Part shown: positions 19,191 to 28,593 of the stretch, piece by piece | Position numbering within the stretch: position 1 is the first letter of the stretch | Layout of the letters: each line of letters opens with the position of its first letter | Assembly (NCBI GenBank): GCA_029552245.1 | Contig: JAKPDW010000047.1 | Location: 53,935-117,934 of the forward strand | Source: Deltaproteobacteria bacterium | Lineage (GTDB): Bacteria; Desulfobacterota; Desulfomonilia; UBA1062 | DNA: 64,000 nt | Reading direction: 5' to 3' | Position numbers and translations under genes: made by a program | Notes under the pieces: generated by a model | The model's input: only the letters and a program-made list of their open reading frames with translations | Told to the model about the DNA's origin: nothing | Databases searched by the model: none

Positions 19191-19534
19191 GCCCGGGGGC
19201 TCGCCCCTGAGAAATCGCCGGGGTAGGCCTTGATCGGGTGGGGTCGCCCCTCAGGCGTGTCCGGGACATGACAGAAAGAATGCTTCACGAGCCCGCGGTC
19301 CGAACGCGGGCCGCGTCGAACGGCCCGCCGAGCAGGTCGAGGGCGCCACGAGCCTGCGGGCTGGGCTCTCAGGCATCGCCAGCCAGGCCCCGTGCCGTGG
19401 GGTTGCCCCAGGGGAGTGCCTGAGCCGGAAACGGCGCGGCGGTGTCAGGGGGCCCCTCTCGATATCGGCGGTGACGCCGGGCCAGCGCCGCACCTACGAG
19501 AAATGACGGGCGGGAGACAACCCGGTTTGCACCG

Positions 19535-20536
19535 TCAGGCCCTGAGCCTCTTCTTGAACTCCTTGATGAGCGCAAGGCAGACCTGGTGGGCATCCGCAAC
19601 GATGGCCACGTCGGCCATCTTCATCATGGCGGCCTTCGGGTTCTTGTTCACGGCGATGATGAACCCGGCGTCGACGATGCCCGCCGTGTGCTGGATCGCG
19701 CCGCTGATACCGAAGGAGAAGAGGACCTTGGGCCGTATGTGCTTGTCCGCCTGCCCGACGAGGGCATCCTCATCCGCCCACCGGGCATACACCGCCGGTC
19801 TCGTGGCGCCGACCTCCCCGCCCAGGAGCCTGGCAAGCTCGTAGAGGTTCCTGAACCTCCCCTTGCTCCCCATGCCCCTGCCCCCGCACACGACGATCTC
19901 CGCGTTCCCCAGGTGCCTCGGCACCGGCAGGGTGCGCTCGGAGGAGACGAGCCTCACCCTGTCCGGGGGCATGTCCTCAGGGAAATCGATGCGGACGATC
20001 TCCCCGGTGGCGCCGTGATCGTGGGGGATCTCCCTGAACACCCCAGGCCTGACGGTCGCCATCTGGGGCCGCTTCTGCGGTGTCACGATCCTCGTGAGGA
20101 GATTGCCGCCGAAGGCCGGTGCGGTCTGCACGAGCAGGCCGTTCTCGTCGATGTCCAGGCCGACGCAGTCGGCCGTGAGCCCCGTCTTGAGCCTCTTCGC
20201 CACCCTCGGCGCGAACTCCCTGCCGAAGGAGGTGGCGCCCACCAGGATGATCTCGGGACGGTAACGCCTGGCGAGGCGTTCCATGAGGCCGACGTAGAGG
20301 TCGCAGGAATACCGGCCGAGGCGCCTGTCCTCCACGAGGTAGACCTTCCTCGCGCCGTGGGCGATGTACTCCCCGACCCACTCGCCTGTGTCCCAGCCGA
20401 ACACGGTGGCGCACACGAGAGCGCCCCTCTTCTCGGCGAGGTCGGTCGCCCGCGAGAGGAGCTGCAGGGTGACCCTGTTCTGGAAATAGTTCCGGTAGTC
20501 ACCGAAGACCCAGATTTCCGGCCGCTGTGCTGGCAT
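19535..20536 (-). CDS. etfA: Electron transfer flavoprotein alpha subunit
   Basis: TGLTADC, PAFGGN, PQMATVRPG, GGRG, GISGAIQH. Confidence 0.92.
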   Translation of the reverse strand: MPAQRPEIWVFGDYRNYFQNRVTLQLLSRATDLAEKRGALVCATVFGWDTGEWVGEYIAHGARKVYLVEDRRLGRYSCDLYVGLMERLARRYRPEIILVGATSFGREFAPRVAKRLKTGLTADCVGLDIDENGLLVQTAPAFGGNLLTRIVTPQKRPQMATVRPGVFREIPHDHGATGEIVRIDFPEDMPPDRVRLVSSERTLPVPRHLGNAEIVVCGGRGMGSKGRFRNLYELARLLGGEVGATRPAVYARWADEDALVGQADKHIRPKVLFSFGISGAIQHTAGIVDAGFIIAVNKNPKAAMMKMADVAIVADAHQVCLALIKEFKKRLRA

Positions 20537-20541
20537 GGCCC

Positions 20542-21366
20542 TCACCTCGCGTCGCTCTTCCTGATGTCCTGCCTGATGAGCCCGCTGATCCTGGACTCGA
20601 ACCGCTCGAGGAGTTCCTCCACGATCTTCTTGGGCGCACCCGTGAGCACCACGTTTTCCTTGCCGGACCTCGGCGCCGTCACGTCCACGATCCTCGTGGG
20701 CGAACCGTCCGCCCCGACGAGCGCAGGGTCGATCCCCAGGTCCGCAACGCCCACGCTCAGGATGTTCACCTCTCCGAAGGCGTCCTCGAGGCCGGAGAGC
20801 GGGACGTACCTGGGGCTCCTGTTCGTGGTGTTGACCGTGACCAGGCACGGGAGATCGATCTCGAGGGTCTCGAGGAAGCCGTCCGAGACGCGCCTGAGCC
20901 TGGCAGTGCCCCCTTCCACCGTGACCTCGTCGACGTACGCCGCCGAGGCGATGCCGAGCTCTTCGGCGAGCTGGGGCCCCACCTGGGCGGTTTCGCTGTC
21001 GGTCGTGTGGCACCCGGTCAGGATGAGATCGAAGTCCGGGCAGAAGATCTCGATGGCCCTCGCCAGGGTGAAAGAGGTCGCGTAGGTGTCGGAGCCCGCC
21101 AGCGCCGGGTCGGTTATGAGCAGGCCCCTGTGCGCCCCCATGGCTATCGCCTCCCTGAGGATCTCTTCAGCCATGGGCGGCCCCATGGTGATCGCCGTGA
21201 CCTGTGCACCCTCTTTCTGCCCGAGGCCGAGCGCCAACTCCAGGGCTTGCTTGCAGGCAGGGTTCATCATGCCTTCCGCCAGGTCCCTCCTCAGGGTGCG
21301 GGTCTTCGGGTCCCACGGCAGCTCGCTCGCCATGGGCACCTGCTTCATGCAGACCACGAACTTCAC
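20542..21366 (-). CDS. etfB: Electron transfer flavoprotein beta subunit
   Basis: VVCMKQVP, TMGPP, GSDTYATS, DSETAQVGPQLAE, GSPT. Confidence 0.92.
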   Translation of the reverse strand: MKFVVCMKQVPMASELPWDPKTRTLRRDLAEGMMNPACKQALELALGLGQKEGAQVTAITMGPPMAEEILREAIAMGAHRGLLITDPALAGSDTYATSFTLARAIEIFCPDFDLILTGCHTTDSETAQVGPQLAEELGIASAAYVDEVTVEGGTARLRRVSDGFLETLEIDLPCLVTVNTTNRSPRYVPLSGLEDAFGEVNILSVGVADLGIDPALVGADGSPTRIVDVTAPRSGKENVVLTGAPKKIVEELLERFESRISGLIRQDIRKSDAR

Positions 21367-21387
21367 GGTACGATCTCCATCTCCACC

Positions 21388-22536
21388 TCACATCGACTCG
21401 CTCAACACCCAGCGCGAGATGACCATCCGCTGGATCTCGCTCGTCCCCTCGTAGATCTCCGTCACCTTTGCGTCCCGGAAATACCTCTCGACGTCGTATT
21501 CCTTGCTGTACCCGTACCCCCCGTGGATCTGCACCGCCTTCGACGCGACCTCAGAGCAGATCGTGGAGGCATAGAGCTTCGCCATGGCGGCCTCCTTCCC
21601 GAATCTGCCGCCCGCGTCCCTGACCGCGCACACGCGGTAGACGAGGAGCCGAGCGGCGTCGATGGAGACCGCCATGTCGGCGATCATGTTCTGGATGGAC
21701 TGGAAGGACGAGATGGGGCGCTTGAACTGCTGGCGTTCCTTGGAATACTTCACGGCCGCCTCGAATGCCGCCTGCGCGATCCCCACGGCCTGGGCCGCTA
21801 TCCCGATGCGGCCCGTATCAAGGGTTGCCAGGGCGATCTTCGTGCCGTCCCCGATCCCTCCTATGAGGTTCTCGCGGGGCACCCGCACGTCCTCCAGGAA
21901 GATGGAAGAGACGGGGTTGGCCCTCATGCCGCACAGGTCCTCCATCTCGCCCACCGAGAACCCGGGCATCGTCTTCTCCACGACGAACACGCACGAGCTG
22001 CCCGTAGGGTCGGACGGGTCCGAGACGGCGAAGACGAGGGGGAGCGAACAGACGCCCCCGTTGGTGACGAAGATCTTCGTCCCGTTGAGAACGAAGCATT
22101 CCCCTGCATCCACCGCGATCGTCTCCACGCCCGAGGCGTCGGAGCCGGCGTTCGCCTCGGTGAGGCAGAACGCGCCGATAGACTCGCCTGACGCGAGCCT
22201 GGGCAGGAACCGCCTCTTCTGGTCTTCGGTCCCGAAGCGTTCGATGGGATAGGCACCGACAGAGTTGTGCACGGTGACGCACAGGCCCATGGCGCCGCTT
22301 ATGCGGGAGATCTCCTCCACGGCTATGGCGTAGCTGATGCTGTCGAGCCCGGCCCCCCCGAAGTCCCTGGAGACCTGGAGACCGAAGAAGTTCAGCGGCC
22401 GCATCTTCTCCACGACCTCCCAGGGGAACCGGGCGTCCCTGTCTATGTCGTGGGCGATGGGGCCCAGCTCCGCCTCCGCGAACTCCCTGACCGCCTTGCG
22501 TACCAGCTTGTGTTTCATGCAGGGATCGAGTCTCAC
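21388..22536 (-). CDS. Acyl-CoA dehydrogenase (butyryl/short-chain type)
   Basis: FCLTEANAGSD, NGTKIFVTNG, GRIGIAAQ, QIHGGYGY, IYEGTSEIQR; start 22536 (GTG) or 22518 (ATG). Confidence 0.93.
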   Translation of the reverse strand: MRLDPCMKHKLVRKAVREFAEAELGPIAHDIDRDARFPWEVVEKMRPLNFFGLQVSRDFGGAGLDSISYAIAVEEISRISGAMGLCVTVHNSVGAYPIERFGTEDQKRRFLPRLASGESIGAFCLTEANAGSDASGVETIAVDAGECFVLNGTKIFVTNGGVCSLPLVFAVSDPSDPTGSSCVFVVEKTMPGFSVGEMEDLCGMRANPVSSIFLEDVRVPRENLIGGIGDGTKIALATLDTGRIGIAAQAVGIAQAAFEAAVKYSKERQQFKRPISSFQSIQNMIADMAVSIDAARLLVYRVCAVRDAGGRFGKEAAMAKLYASTICSEVASKAVQIHGGYGYSKEYDVERYFRDAKVTEIYEGTSEIQRMVISRWVLSESM

Positions 22537-22651
22537 GCGCCTCGGCCCTTCCCTTCCTCGCTCCTCATTGCTCCGGCCCGACGAGCCTGCGGCGCACCAT
22601 AACGTAAAACGGCCCAAAACTCAAGGATCCCAAGGTTCAACGGGCGGTGGT

Positions 22652-22684
22652 AAAAAAAAGGGTGATGTCTGGGAAACATCACCC
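22652..22684 (-). terminator. Rho-independent terminator
   Basis: Minus strand GGGTGATGT-ttcccag-ACATCACCC followed by T8. Confidence 0.85.
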
Positions 22685-22988
22685 ATAGGTGCAAGTGAGG
22701 AGGTTTTGGCTTCTTTCGTCTCTGCTTATTCTGATGCGCTTTCAGGCTTTCTGGATTCCTCTCGAGACGGGCCGGAAACCTGGTGCGTAAAACCGCCTGC
22801 TTGCCGGTAAACGAGGACGCTTCCCGCATCTGCACACAAGCCCGGGCGGCATCGGGCCCATCATAAGCCTGGGGTAAAAAGCCGCGTGACGGGTTCGGCC
22901 GGGGCAGGAAGAAACAGCGGATGACACGCCATCCCGCCCGACGACACCCTCGCAAGGATGCCGCCAGGGACACGAACACCAAGGAGGA

Positions 22989-24425
22989 TCAGCCGTCGGA
23001 GACGACCACCCGGAGCGACGGCCTCCGCTCTTCGGTATCGGGCTTGGCGGGTCGCCCCTCGCTCTCTTCCACGACCTCTTCCACAACCGACGCCTTCGTG
23101 CACTCCTTGTAGGTGCAGTAGCTGTTTCTCACCTGCTTGGCACGGTACATGGCCTCGTCGGCGTGCTTGATGATGGTATCCGCATCGTGCCCGTCGTCGG
23201 GGAAGGTGCTGATGCCTATGCTCGGGGTCACGAAGTCTATGATGATGTCGTGGAACCGGTAAGGCCTCGAGAGCGCCTTCAGCACCCTCTGCGCCACCCT
23301 CTCCGGGTCACTGCGCGTTATCCCGCCAAGGATGATCGTGAACTCGTCACCCCCGAGCCTGCTGATATAGTCCGTCTCCCTGAGGGTCTCCCTGAGCCTG
23401 GAGGCCACCTGCATCAGCAGCTTGTCCCCTATCTCGTGGCCGAACACGTCGTTGACCTGCTTGAACCTGTCGAGGTCGATGAACAGGACCGACCGCTCCA
23501 CCTCGTAGCGCCTCGCGTCCCGTATGACCTCTTCCAGCTTCTCGTTGAACGCCTTCCTGTTGTGGAGACCCGTGAGTGCGTCGTGGTATGCGAGGTAAGC
23601 GAGTTCCTGCTCGGCGCGCTTGCGTTCCGTTATGTCGCGGATGATGCCGCAGAACCCGATGGGCTTGCCTTCCCTGTCCCGCAGGAGGGAGACCGAGGTC
23701 TCCACGTACATCTTCGAGCCGTCCTTGCGCCTGAGCTCCCAGTCCACCGCGGACATGGGGTTGCCTGTCAGGAAGACGTTATGGAAGGCCTCGTAGACGA
23801 TCCTCGCGTTTTCCCTGTCCATGTACTGCTGGTAGTTCATGCCCATGAGCTCGTCGGGCTCGTACCCGATCTGCTTGGCCACCTGGTCGTTGAAGAAGGT
23901 GAAGTTCCCCGCGAGGTCCACCTCGAAGTACCCGTCCTCGATGGAGTCGAGGATCATCCTGAACCGCATCTCGCTCTCGATGAGGGCCTGCTCGGTCTCG
24001 AGGACGTCCGTCACGTCCTTGGCGATCCCGCCTACGCTCATCTCGCCGCCCGGCCCGGTCAACAGGAGGGTCTTGTGCTCGACGATGCGCTTGCGGCCGG
24101 CCTTCGTGAGGATCTGTATCAGGCCCTCGTCCTTCTTGTGTTCCAACACGCGTTCGATATAGTGATGGAAGTGCCTCCTGTCCTCCTCGATGAGCAGGTC
24201 CTTGACGTTCATGCGCAGGAGTTCATCCCTGCTGTAGCCCAGAAAGCCGATGAATCCCGGGCTTATCCCCAGGAAGTTGCCCTCGAGATCGTGCTCGTAG
24301 ATGAACTCGTTCGCGTACAGGTAGACCTGCTTGAGGCGGGAGATATCGTCGCAGGAGCCCCGGGAGCCACCGGTGGAGACACCTTCTCCCTGCCCTCTGT
24401 TCGAGCGTGATTTCATTCTGCTCAT
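22989..24425 (-). CDS. PAS-PAS-GGDEF diguanylate cyclase
   Basis: Two PAS repeats; HDALTGLHNR, DLDRFKQVND, RETD I-site, RLGGDEF. Confidence 0.93.
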   Translation of the reverse strand: MSRMKSRSNRGQGEGVSTGGSRGSCDDISRLKQVYLYANEFIYEHDLEGNFLGISPGFIGFLGYSRDELLRMNVKDLLIEEDRRHFHHYIERVLEHKKDEGLIQILTKAGRKRIVEHKTLLLTGPGGEMSVGGIAKDVTDVLETEQALIESEMRFRMILDSIEDGYFEVDLAGNFTFFNDQVAKQIGYEPDELMGMNYQQYMDRENARIVYEAFHNVFLTGNPMSAVDWELRRKDGSKMYVETSVSLLRDREGKPIGFCGIIRDITERKRAEQELAYLAYHDALTGLHNRKAFNEKLEEVIRDARRYEVERSVLFIDLDRFKQVNDVFGHEIGDKLLMQVASRLRETLRETDYISRLGGDEFTIILGGITRSDPERVAQRVLKALSRPYRFHDIIIDFVTPSIGISTFPDDGHDADTIIKHADEAMYRAKQVRNSYCTYKECTKASVVEEVVEESEGRPAKPDTEERRPSLRVVVSDG

Positions 24426-24463
24426 CGTACCTTCATGCCAACCGGGCAGATCAATTTAATGAA

Positions 24464-24491
24464 ATATCGGATAAAGACATGGCAGACATTA
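24464..24491 (-). promoter_or_regulatory. Possible sigma28 (FliA)-type promoter
   Basis: TAAT-N16-TCCGATAT upstream of the diguanylate cyclase; same layout at 56328-56355. Confidence 0.35.
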
Positions 24492-24988
24492 ACATGACGG
24501 GAAGAAAGACCCCGGACAGGACCTTGAAGTGCACCCATCCATGCCATGTGCCTTCCGGACTTCAGCACTTCATGACGACCCTCTCTCAGCCCCGATCAGG
24601 GCCTCCAAGCCCGCCCGGGCAGGAGCGGAAGCCAAGCGCCCGTTCCGACGGGGCATGACGCTCAGGCCCATGCGGACACGCCGCATGTGGATGAAGTGAC
24701 AGGCCCTGGGCGTCAAGTTCAGAAAGACCGTGCTCAGGCCACCGGGAAAACCCCTTCCTGATGCCCCGGCCGCAACCCCGAAGACACGACCGCCGAGAAG
24801 AGGCTTGCCCCTTGGTCGTCCAGGAGGGCTTGCCCGCGGTCATTCCAGGAGGAAATCCCTCGGAAAGGCACCCCTCGGAAAGCCCGGCCTGCAAGTGCGG
24901 CCATGTGCTCCCGGGGGGTCTTGCCGCTGTTTCGAAGGGGAGACGCCCACAGGACGGTCACATGGGGGAAGGGGACATTACTCACGAA

Positions 24989-25096
24989 TCTTGACACAGC
25001 CGGCACGACGCCTCGACTCGCTGGCGATTCCAAGGGCGACCTTGATGGTCCTACTCGGTCTTGACACACAGCAGACACGACGCCTTGACTCTGGCG
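24989..25096. repeat. Direct repeat pair, about 31-38 nt, period 70-72, each copy containing TTGACA
   Basis: tcttgacaca--gccggcacgacgcctcgactc (24989-25019) vs tcttgacacacagcagacacgacgccttgactc (25059-25091). Confidence 0.75.
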
Positions 25097-25117
25097 TGGC
25101 CGGTATTATCATTCAGG

Positions 25118-25190
25118 GCAAGCCTCGAGGCTGCATTTCGAAGGGAAAAACCCCATAGACCCTCGGTCGAAATGTCCTCGGGGCTTTTTT
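25118..25190 (+). ncRNA. Candidate ~72-nt long-hairpin small RNA
   Basis: Promoter TTGACT(25085)-N16-TATCAT(25107); stems 25120-30/25176-86, 25134-41/25167-74, 25142-45/25160-63; ends in a U-run. Confidence 0.5.
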
Positions 25191-25320
25191 CAGGCAGGGA
25201 CGAGGAGACCGTGCGGCCGGCCCGCGCGTGCAGACGGCAATCATCGGCGCCTCAAGGCCGGCCGTAAGCCCCCGCGCTTCGGCGCCGTGGATGCAGTGTG
25301 GGTTTTCCCATGCCCCGCCT

Positions 25321-25409
25321 GGGTTCCCCGTAGGCGGAAGGAATCAGCCGATCACAATCTATCCTCGGCGGCGACTGTGACGGGTTACCCGCAGGCGGAA
25401 GGAATCAGC
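25321..25409. repeat. Repeat-spacer-repeat unit: 28 nt repeat, 33 nt spacer (period 61)
   Basis: gggttccccgtaggcggaaggaatcagc vs gggttacccgcaggcggaaggaatcagc, 26/28; unique spacer 25349-25381. Confidence 0.85.
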
Positions 25410-25525
25410 GCCTCCTAGGTGTTGCCGGACGATCGGGCACCCATGCCCGCACGGCACAGAGGCCGGGCGTGGGCTTTGCTTCCCCTTGGCCGTCGTTCAG
25501 CCCCCCACCCGGGGTGCGCGCCGTG

Positions 25526-25909
25526 TCACCTTCCCCTCGGACGTCTTTTCCGGTCGGCGCCGCCTCCGCTTCCTGCCTCGCGGGGTCCGCTCGTTTCCTT
25601 GTCGCGCCTGCTCGCAGGCCTTCCGTACATCTCGTCGAGGATCTTTCTGGCCGTGGAATCCTTCTTTTTCAGGATCTTCGAGCCCCTCGTGATCTTGCAG
25701 AGGCTTATGCGATACAGCGAGGCGATGCTCCTCTGGGACGTGCCCCGGTGGAGCTCTGTGAGGAGCTTCCACCTGAGCTCGAGGTCTTTCAGTTCCCTCG
25801 GCGTGAAGATCTCCTCGCAAAAGGAAACCATCTCGTCGAAATCGGTGATGCGAGCCAGCACCCTCTGCAGGTCGAGGGAACCATTCGGCCCGGATTCCTT
25901 GTCCGCCAT
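25526..25909 (-). CDS. TrpR/YerC-like repressor
   Basis: EIFTPRELKDLELRW...SQRSIA...SLCKITRGS Trp-repressor HTH pattern. Confidence 0.85.
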   Translation of the reverse strand: MADKESGPNGSLDLQRVLARITDFDEMVSFCEEIFTPRELKDLELRWKLLTELHRGTSQRSIASLYRISLCKITRGSKILKKKDSTARKILDEMYGRPASRRDKETSGPREAGSGGGADRKRRPRGR

Positions 25910-26140
25910 GGTGGAAAAGGTAGCCGACTGTACCGGTGGTGTCAAAACCTTTGTAAAAGAAGCCCACCGACAGCCCCCGGGATATCCATACCCGAACTCC
26001 CGCCGGGCTCCGTACACAAAACGAGGAACAGCCGGGTCACCCTCGCCCGGCATAGCGCTTCCCGGAGACGGCCATCGACTCCTTGAGCCGGGGCCCCCCC
26101 TGGTGTATGAGTAGTTCCACGTGCATGTCGCGAGGTGGCC

Positions 26141-26896
26141 ATGAAGATCGTCTCTTGGAACGTCAACGGGCTCAGGGCGGCACTGAAGAACGGCTTCGCC
26201 GAGAGCGTCATGAGCATGGGCGCCGACGTTCTCTGCATCCAGGAGACCCGACTGCAGGCGCCTGAGCCGGTGAAGGGTCTCGAGGGCTACACCCCTTTCT
26301 ACAACTTCGCACGAAAGAAGGGTTACTCGGGGACCGCGGTGTTCACCTCCGTCGAGCCCCTGTCCGTGTCCTACGGGATGGGGAGCGCGGAGCACGACGA
26401 CGAGGGCCGCATCATCACCCTCGATTTCGGCGGGTACTACCTCGTCAACGTCTACACACCCAACGCCCAGCACGGCCTCGTGCGGCTCGACTACCGCATG
26501 CGCTGGGACGCCTGTTTCCTGGAGTATCTCCTGGAGCTCGAGCGCACCAAGCCCGTCGTCTTCTGCGGCGATCTCAACGTGGCCCACAAGGAGATCGACC
26601 TCAAGAACCCGAAGGCCAACGAGCGCAACCCGGGGTTCACGAGGGAAGAACGCGAAGGGTTCGACAGGATCTTGGCCCACGGCTTCATCGACACGTTCAG
26701 GGAGTTCAACAAGGAGCCCGGGAACTACACGTGGTGGTCGTACCGCTTCAACGCGAGGGCCAAGAATATCGGCTGGCGCATCGATTACGTGTGCATAAGC
26801 GCCTCCCTGAGGCCTTCCCTGGTGGACGCGTTCATCCTCAAGGACATCTACGGGTCAGACCACTGCCCCGTGGGCGTGGTCATGGACCTTTCCTGA
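26141..26896 (+). CDS. xth: Exodeoxyribonuclease III
   Basis: SWNVNGLRA, QE, GYSG, CGDLNVAH, YTWWSY, GWRIDY, SDHCP. Confidence 0.96.
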   Translation: MKIVSWNVNGLRAALKNGFAESVMSMGADVLCIQETRLQAPEPVKGLEGYTPFYNFARKKGYSGTAVFTSVEPLSVSYGMGSAEHDDEGRIITLDFGGYYLVNVYTPNAQHGLVRLDYRMRWDACFLEYLLELERTKPVVFCGDLNVAHKEIDLKNPKANERNPGFTREEREGFDRILAHGFIDTFREFNKEPGNYTWWSYRFNARAKNIGWRIDYVCISASLRPSLVDAFILKDIYGSDHCPVGVVMDLS

Positions 26897-27233
26897 GAAA
26901 AAAGCGCGGCTGGAGACGAAGGCCGTGCCCATGTCCGCCTGCGGGTGCGCCTGAGAGCCTGCCGACACGGTGCGATGCGCAGCTCCCGAGTGCACCGGCC
27001 CTTCATGACTGCGGTCGCGCCCGGCAGGACATGCACCTTTTTTCGCCTCGAGCCGGCCGCGAAGGGCCCTGTGCGACGGGCCACGGCACACGCAGGCATG
27101 CAAGGCCGCACCCGTGCACGCCGGGCAAGGCGCACGTCCGCATCGTCCCATTCCAGGAATGAGCGTGCCGTCCTGAGGTTCGAGGAGGCCGGGAAACGTC
27201 TCGGCCAGGCGCAGGCTTGCCCGGCGGCGAGGG

Positions 27234-27665
27234 CTATCCTTGCAGAGCGTCGCACAGGCCGGCGACGAGTTCACGGATCTCGTCCCTGATACGCCTGAAG
27301 CCTTCCAGGAGCTTGGTGTCCGTGGCAGCGTGCGCGCGCGGATCCTTCACCGCCCAGTGCTCCTGCCTCACGAGCCCGAGGAACACCGGGCATTCCCTGG
27401 CATCTGCGCTCGAGCAGACCGTGACAACCCTCGAGAAGACCTCCCTCGAACGGTAGATGTCGTACACGCTCAAGGGTTTCTCGTCCTCGAGGACAATGCC
27501 CACCTCGGCCATGACCTGTGCGGCGAGCGGGTCGACAGCGGCGCCTGGCCTTATGCCTGCGCTCGCAGCGGTGAACCCCCGGGGGCAGAGGTGTTCGAAC
27601 CAGGCCCGGGCGATCCGGCTTCTCGCGGTACCCTTGAGGCTCACGAACAGGACGCGGGTCATCAC
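27234..27665 (-). CDS. ArsC/LMW-PTP family protein lacking the nucleophilic Cys
   Basis: VLFV-S-LKGTARS instead of C-x5-R; SAG, VTVC...CP.F, HW..KDP, FRRIRDEI retained. Confidence 0.8.
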   Translation of the reverse strand: MMTRVLFVSLKGTARSRIARAWFEHLCPRGFTAASAGIRPGAAVDPLAAQVMAEVGIVLEDEKPLSVYDIYRSREVFSRVVTVCSSADARECPVFLGLVRQEHWAVKDPRAHAATDTKLLEGFRRIRDEIRELVAGLCDALQG

Positions 27666-27708
27666 GATACCTGGGCCGGCCTGGCTCCCTCCATCGCCCT
27701 GGGCCGCA

Positions 27709-28464
27709 TCACTTCCAGCTGAACTTCTCGCGCTCGACAGCCTCGGGGTCCACGCCGAGGGTCGACAGTTCCTGGAGGACCGAGTCCATCATGGGCGGCG
27801 GGCCGCACAGGTAGAACGCCGCCTTGGGATTCACCCCGTATCGGGAAAGCACGCCTGCATCGAGCCGCCCGCTCTCGAACACCACGTTCGGGTACCCGCC
27901 CCTGAGGTGTCTCTTGGGGTCGTCTTCCCGGCTCAAGTTGTGAACCACCTTGAGGTTGAGGGCATTGCTCATCCCGGATATCTCCTCGAGGCAGAACACG
28001 TCCTCGAAGGTCTTGTTCGACCAGAACAGCATCACCTCGTTCGACGCCCCCTTGGCATGGAAGTGCCTGAGGACGCTCAGAAACGGGGTGATGCCCACAC
28101 CGCCCGCGATGAGGACGACCGATGGCCTGTCGTCGATATCCCTGCAGAACGTGCCGTTCGGTCCCAAGCACTTCACCGGCGTGCCCGGCTCGATGTTCCG
28201 GACGGAACTGGTGAAGGCGCCGGCCGCCTTGATGGTGAACTGGAGATAGTCCGCCTCGGGTGCGCACGAGATGGTGAACGGGTGCGGTTCGCTCCACCCC
28301 TCGGGCCTCATCACCCTGATCACGGCGTACTGACCGGCGCGCCTGGCAGCGAACTTGGCGTCTTTCCCCTCGAGGAACATCGATGTCACATCGTGGTTCT
28401 CGGGCTGGATCCTCGACACACGCCAGATGACCTCGCCCCCCGTATCAGGACGTTCCGCAGCCAT
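27709..28464 (-). CDS. FAD/NAD(P)-binding oxidoreductase (ferredoxin-NADP reductase fold)
   Basis: GQY, HPFTIS, GPNG.F, AGGVGITPF, YLCGPPPMM, E.F. Confidence 0.9.
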   Translation of the reverse strand: MAAERPDTGGEVIWRVSRIQPENHDVTSMFLEGKDAKFAARRAGQYAVIRVMRPEGWSEPHPFTISCAPEADYLQFTIKAAGAFTSSVRNIEPGTPVKCLGPNGTFCRDIDDRPSVVLIAGGVGITPFLSVLRHFHAKGASNEVMLFWSNKTFEDVFCLEEISGMSNALNLKVVHNLSREDDPKRHLRGGYPNVVFESGRLDAGVLSRYGVNPKAAFYLCGPPPMMDSVLQELSTLGVDPEAVEREKFSWK

Positions 28465-28593
28465 ATCCCCTCCCCTCACTCGACGTGGCAGTTCAGGAAC
28501 AAGGTGACATGGAGGAGGCGAGACGCCATGCACCCTGTCCTGTATCTCCCCGTTATATCCTGCAGGGGCACGAGATTCAATCAAAACCGGGAG

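Noticed and set aside
19286..19361. cacgagcccgcggtc / cacgagcctgcgggc at period 61
   Set aside because: Only 13/15 identity in GC-rich DNA. It fits the 61-nt class but is too short to count alone.
25331..25409. CAGGCGGAAGGAATCAGC resembles SRP RNA domain IV (CAGGUCCGGAAGGAAGCAGC)
   Set aside because: The stem closing the GGAA loop and the AGCAG motif are not intact, no long flanking helix is present, and the motif is duplicated.
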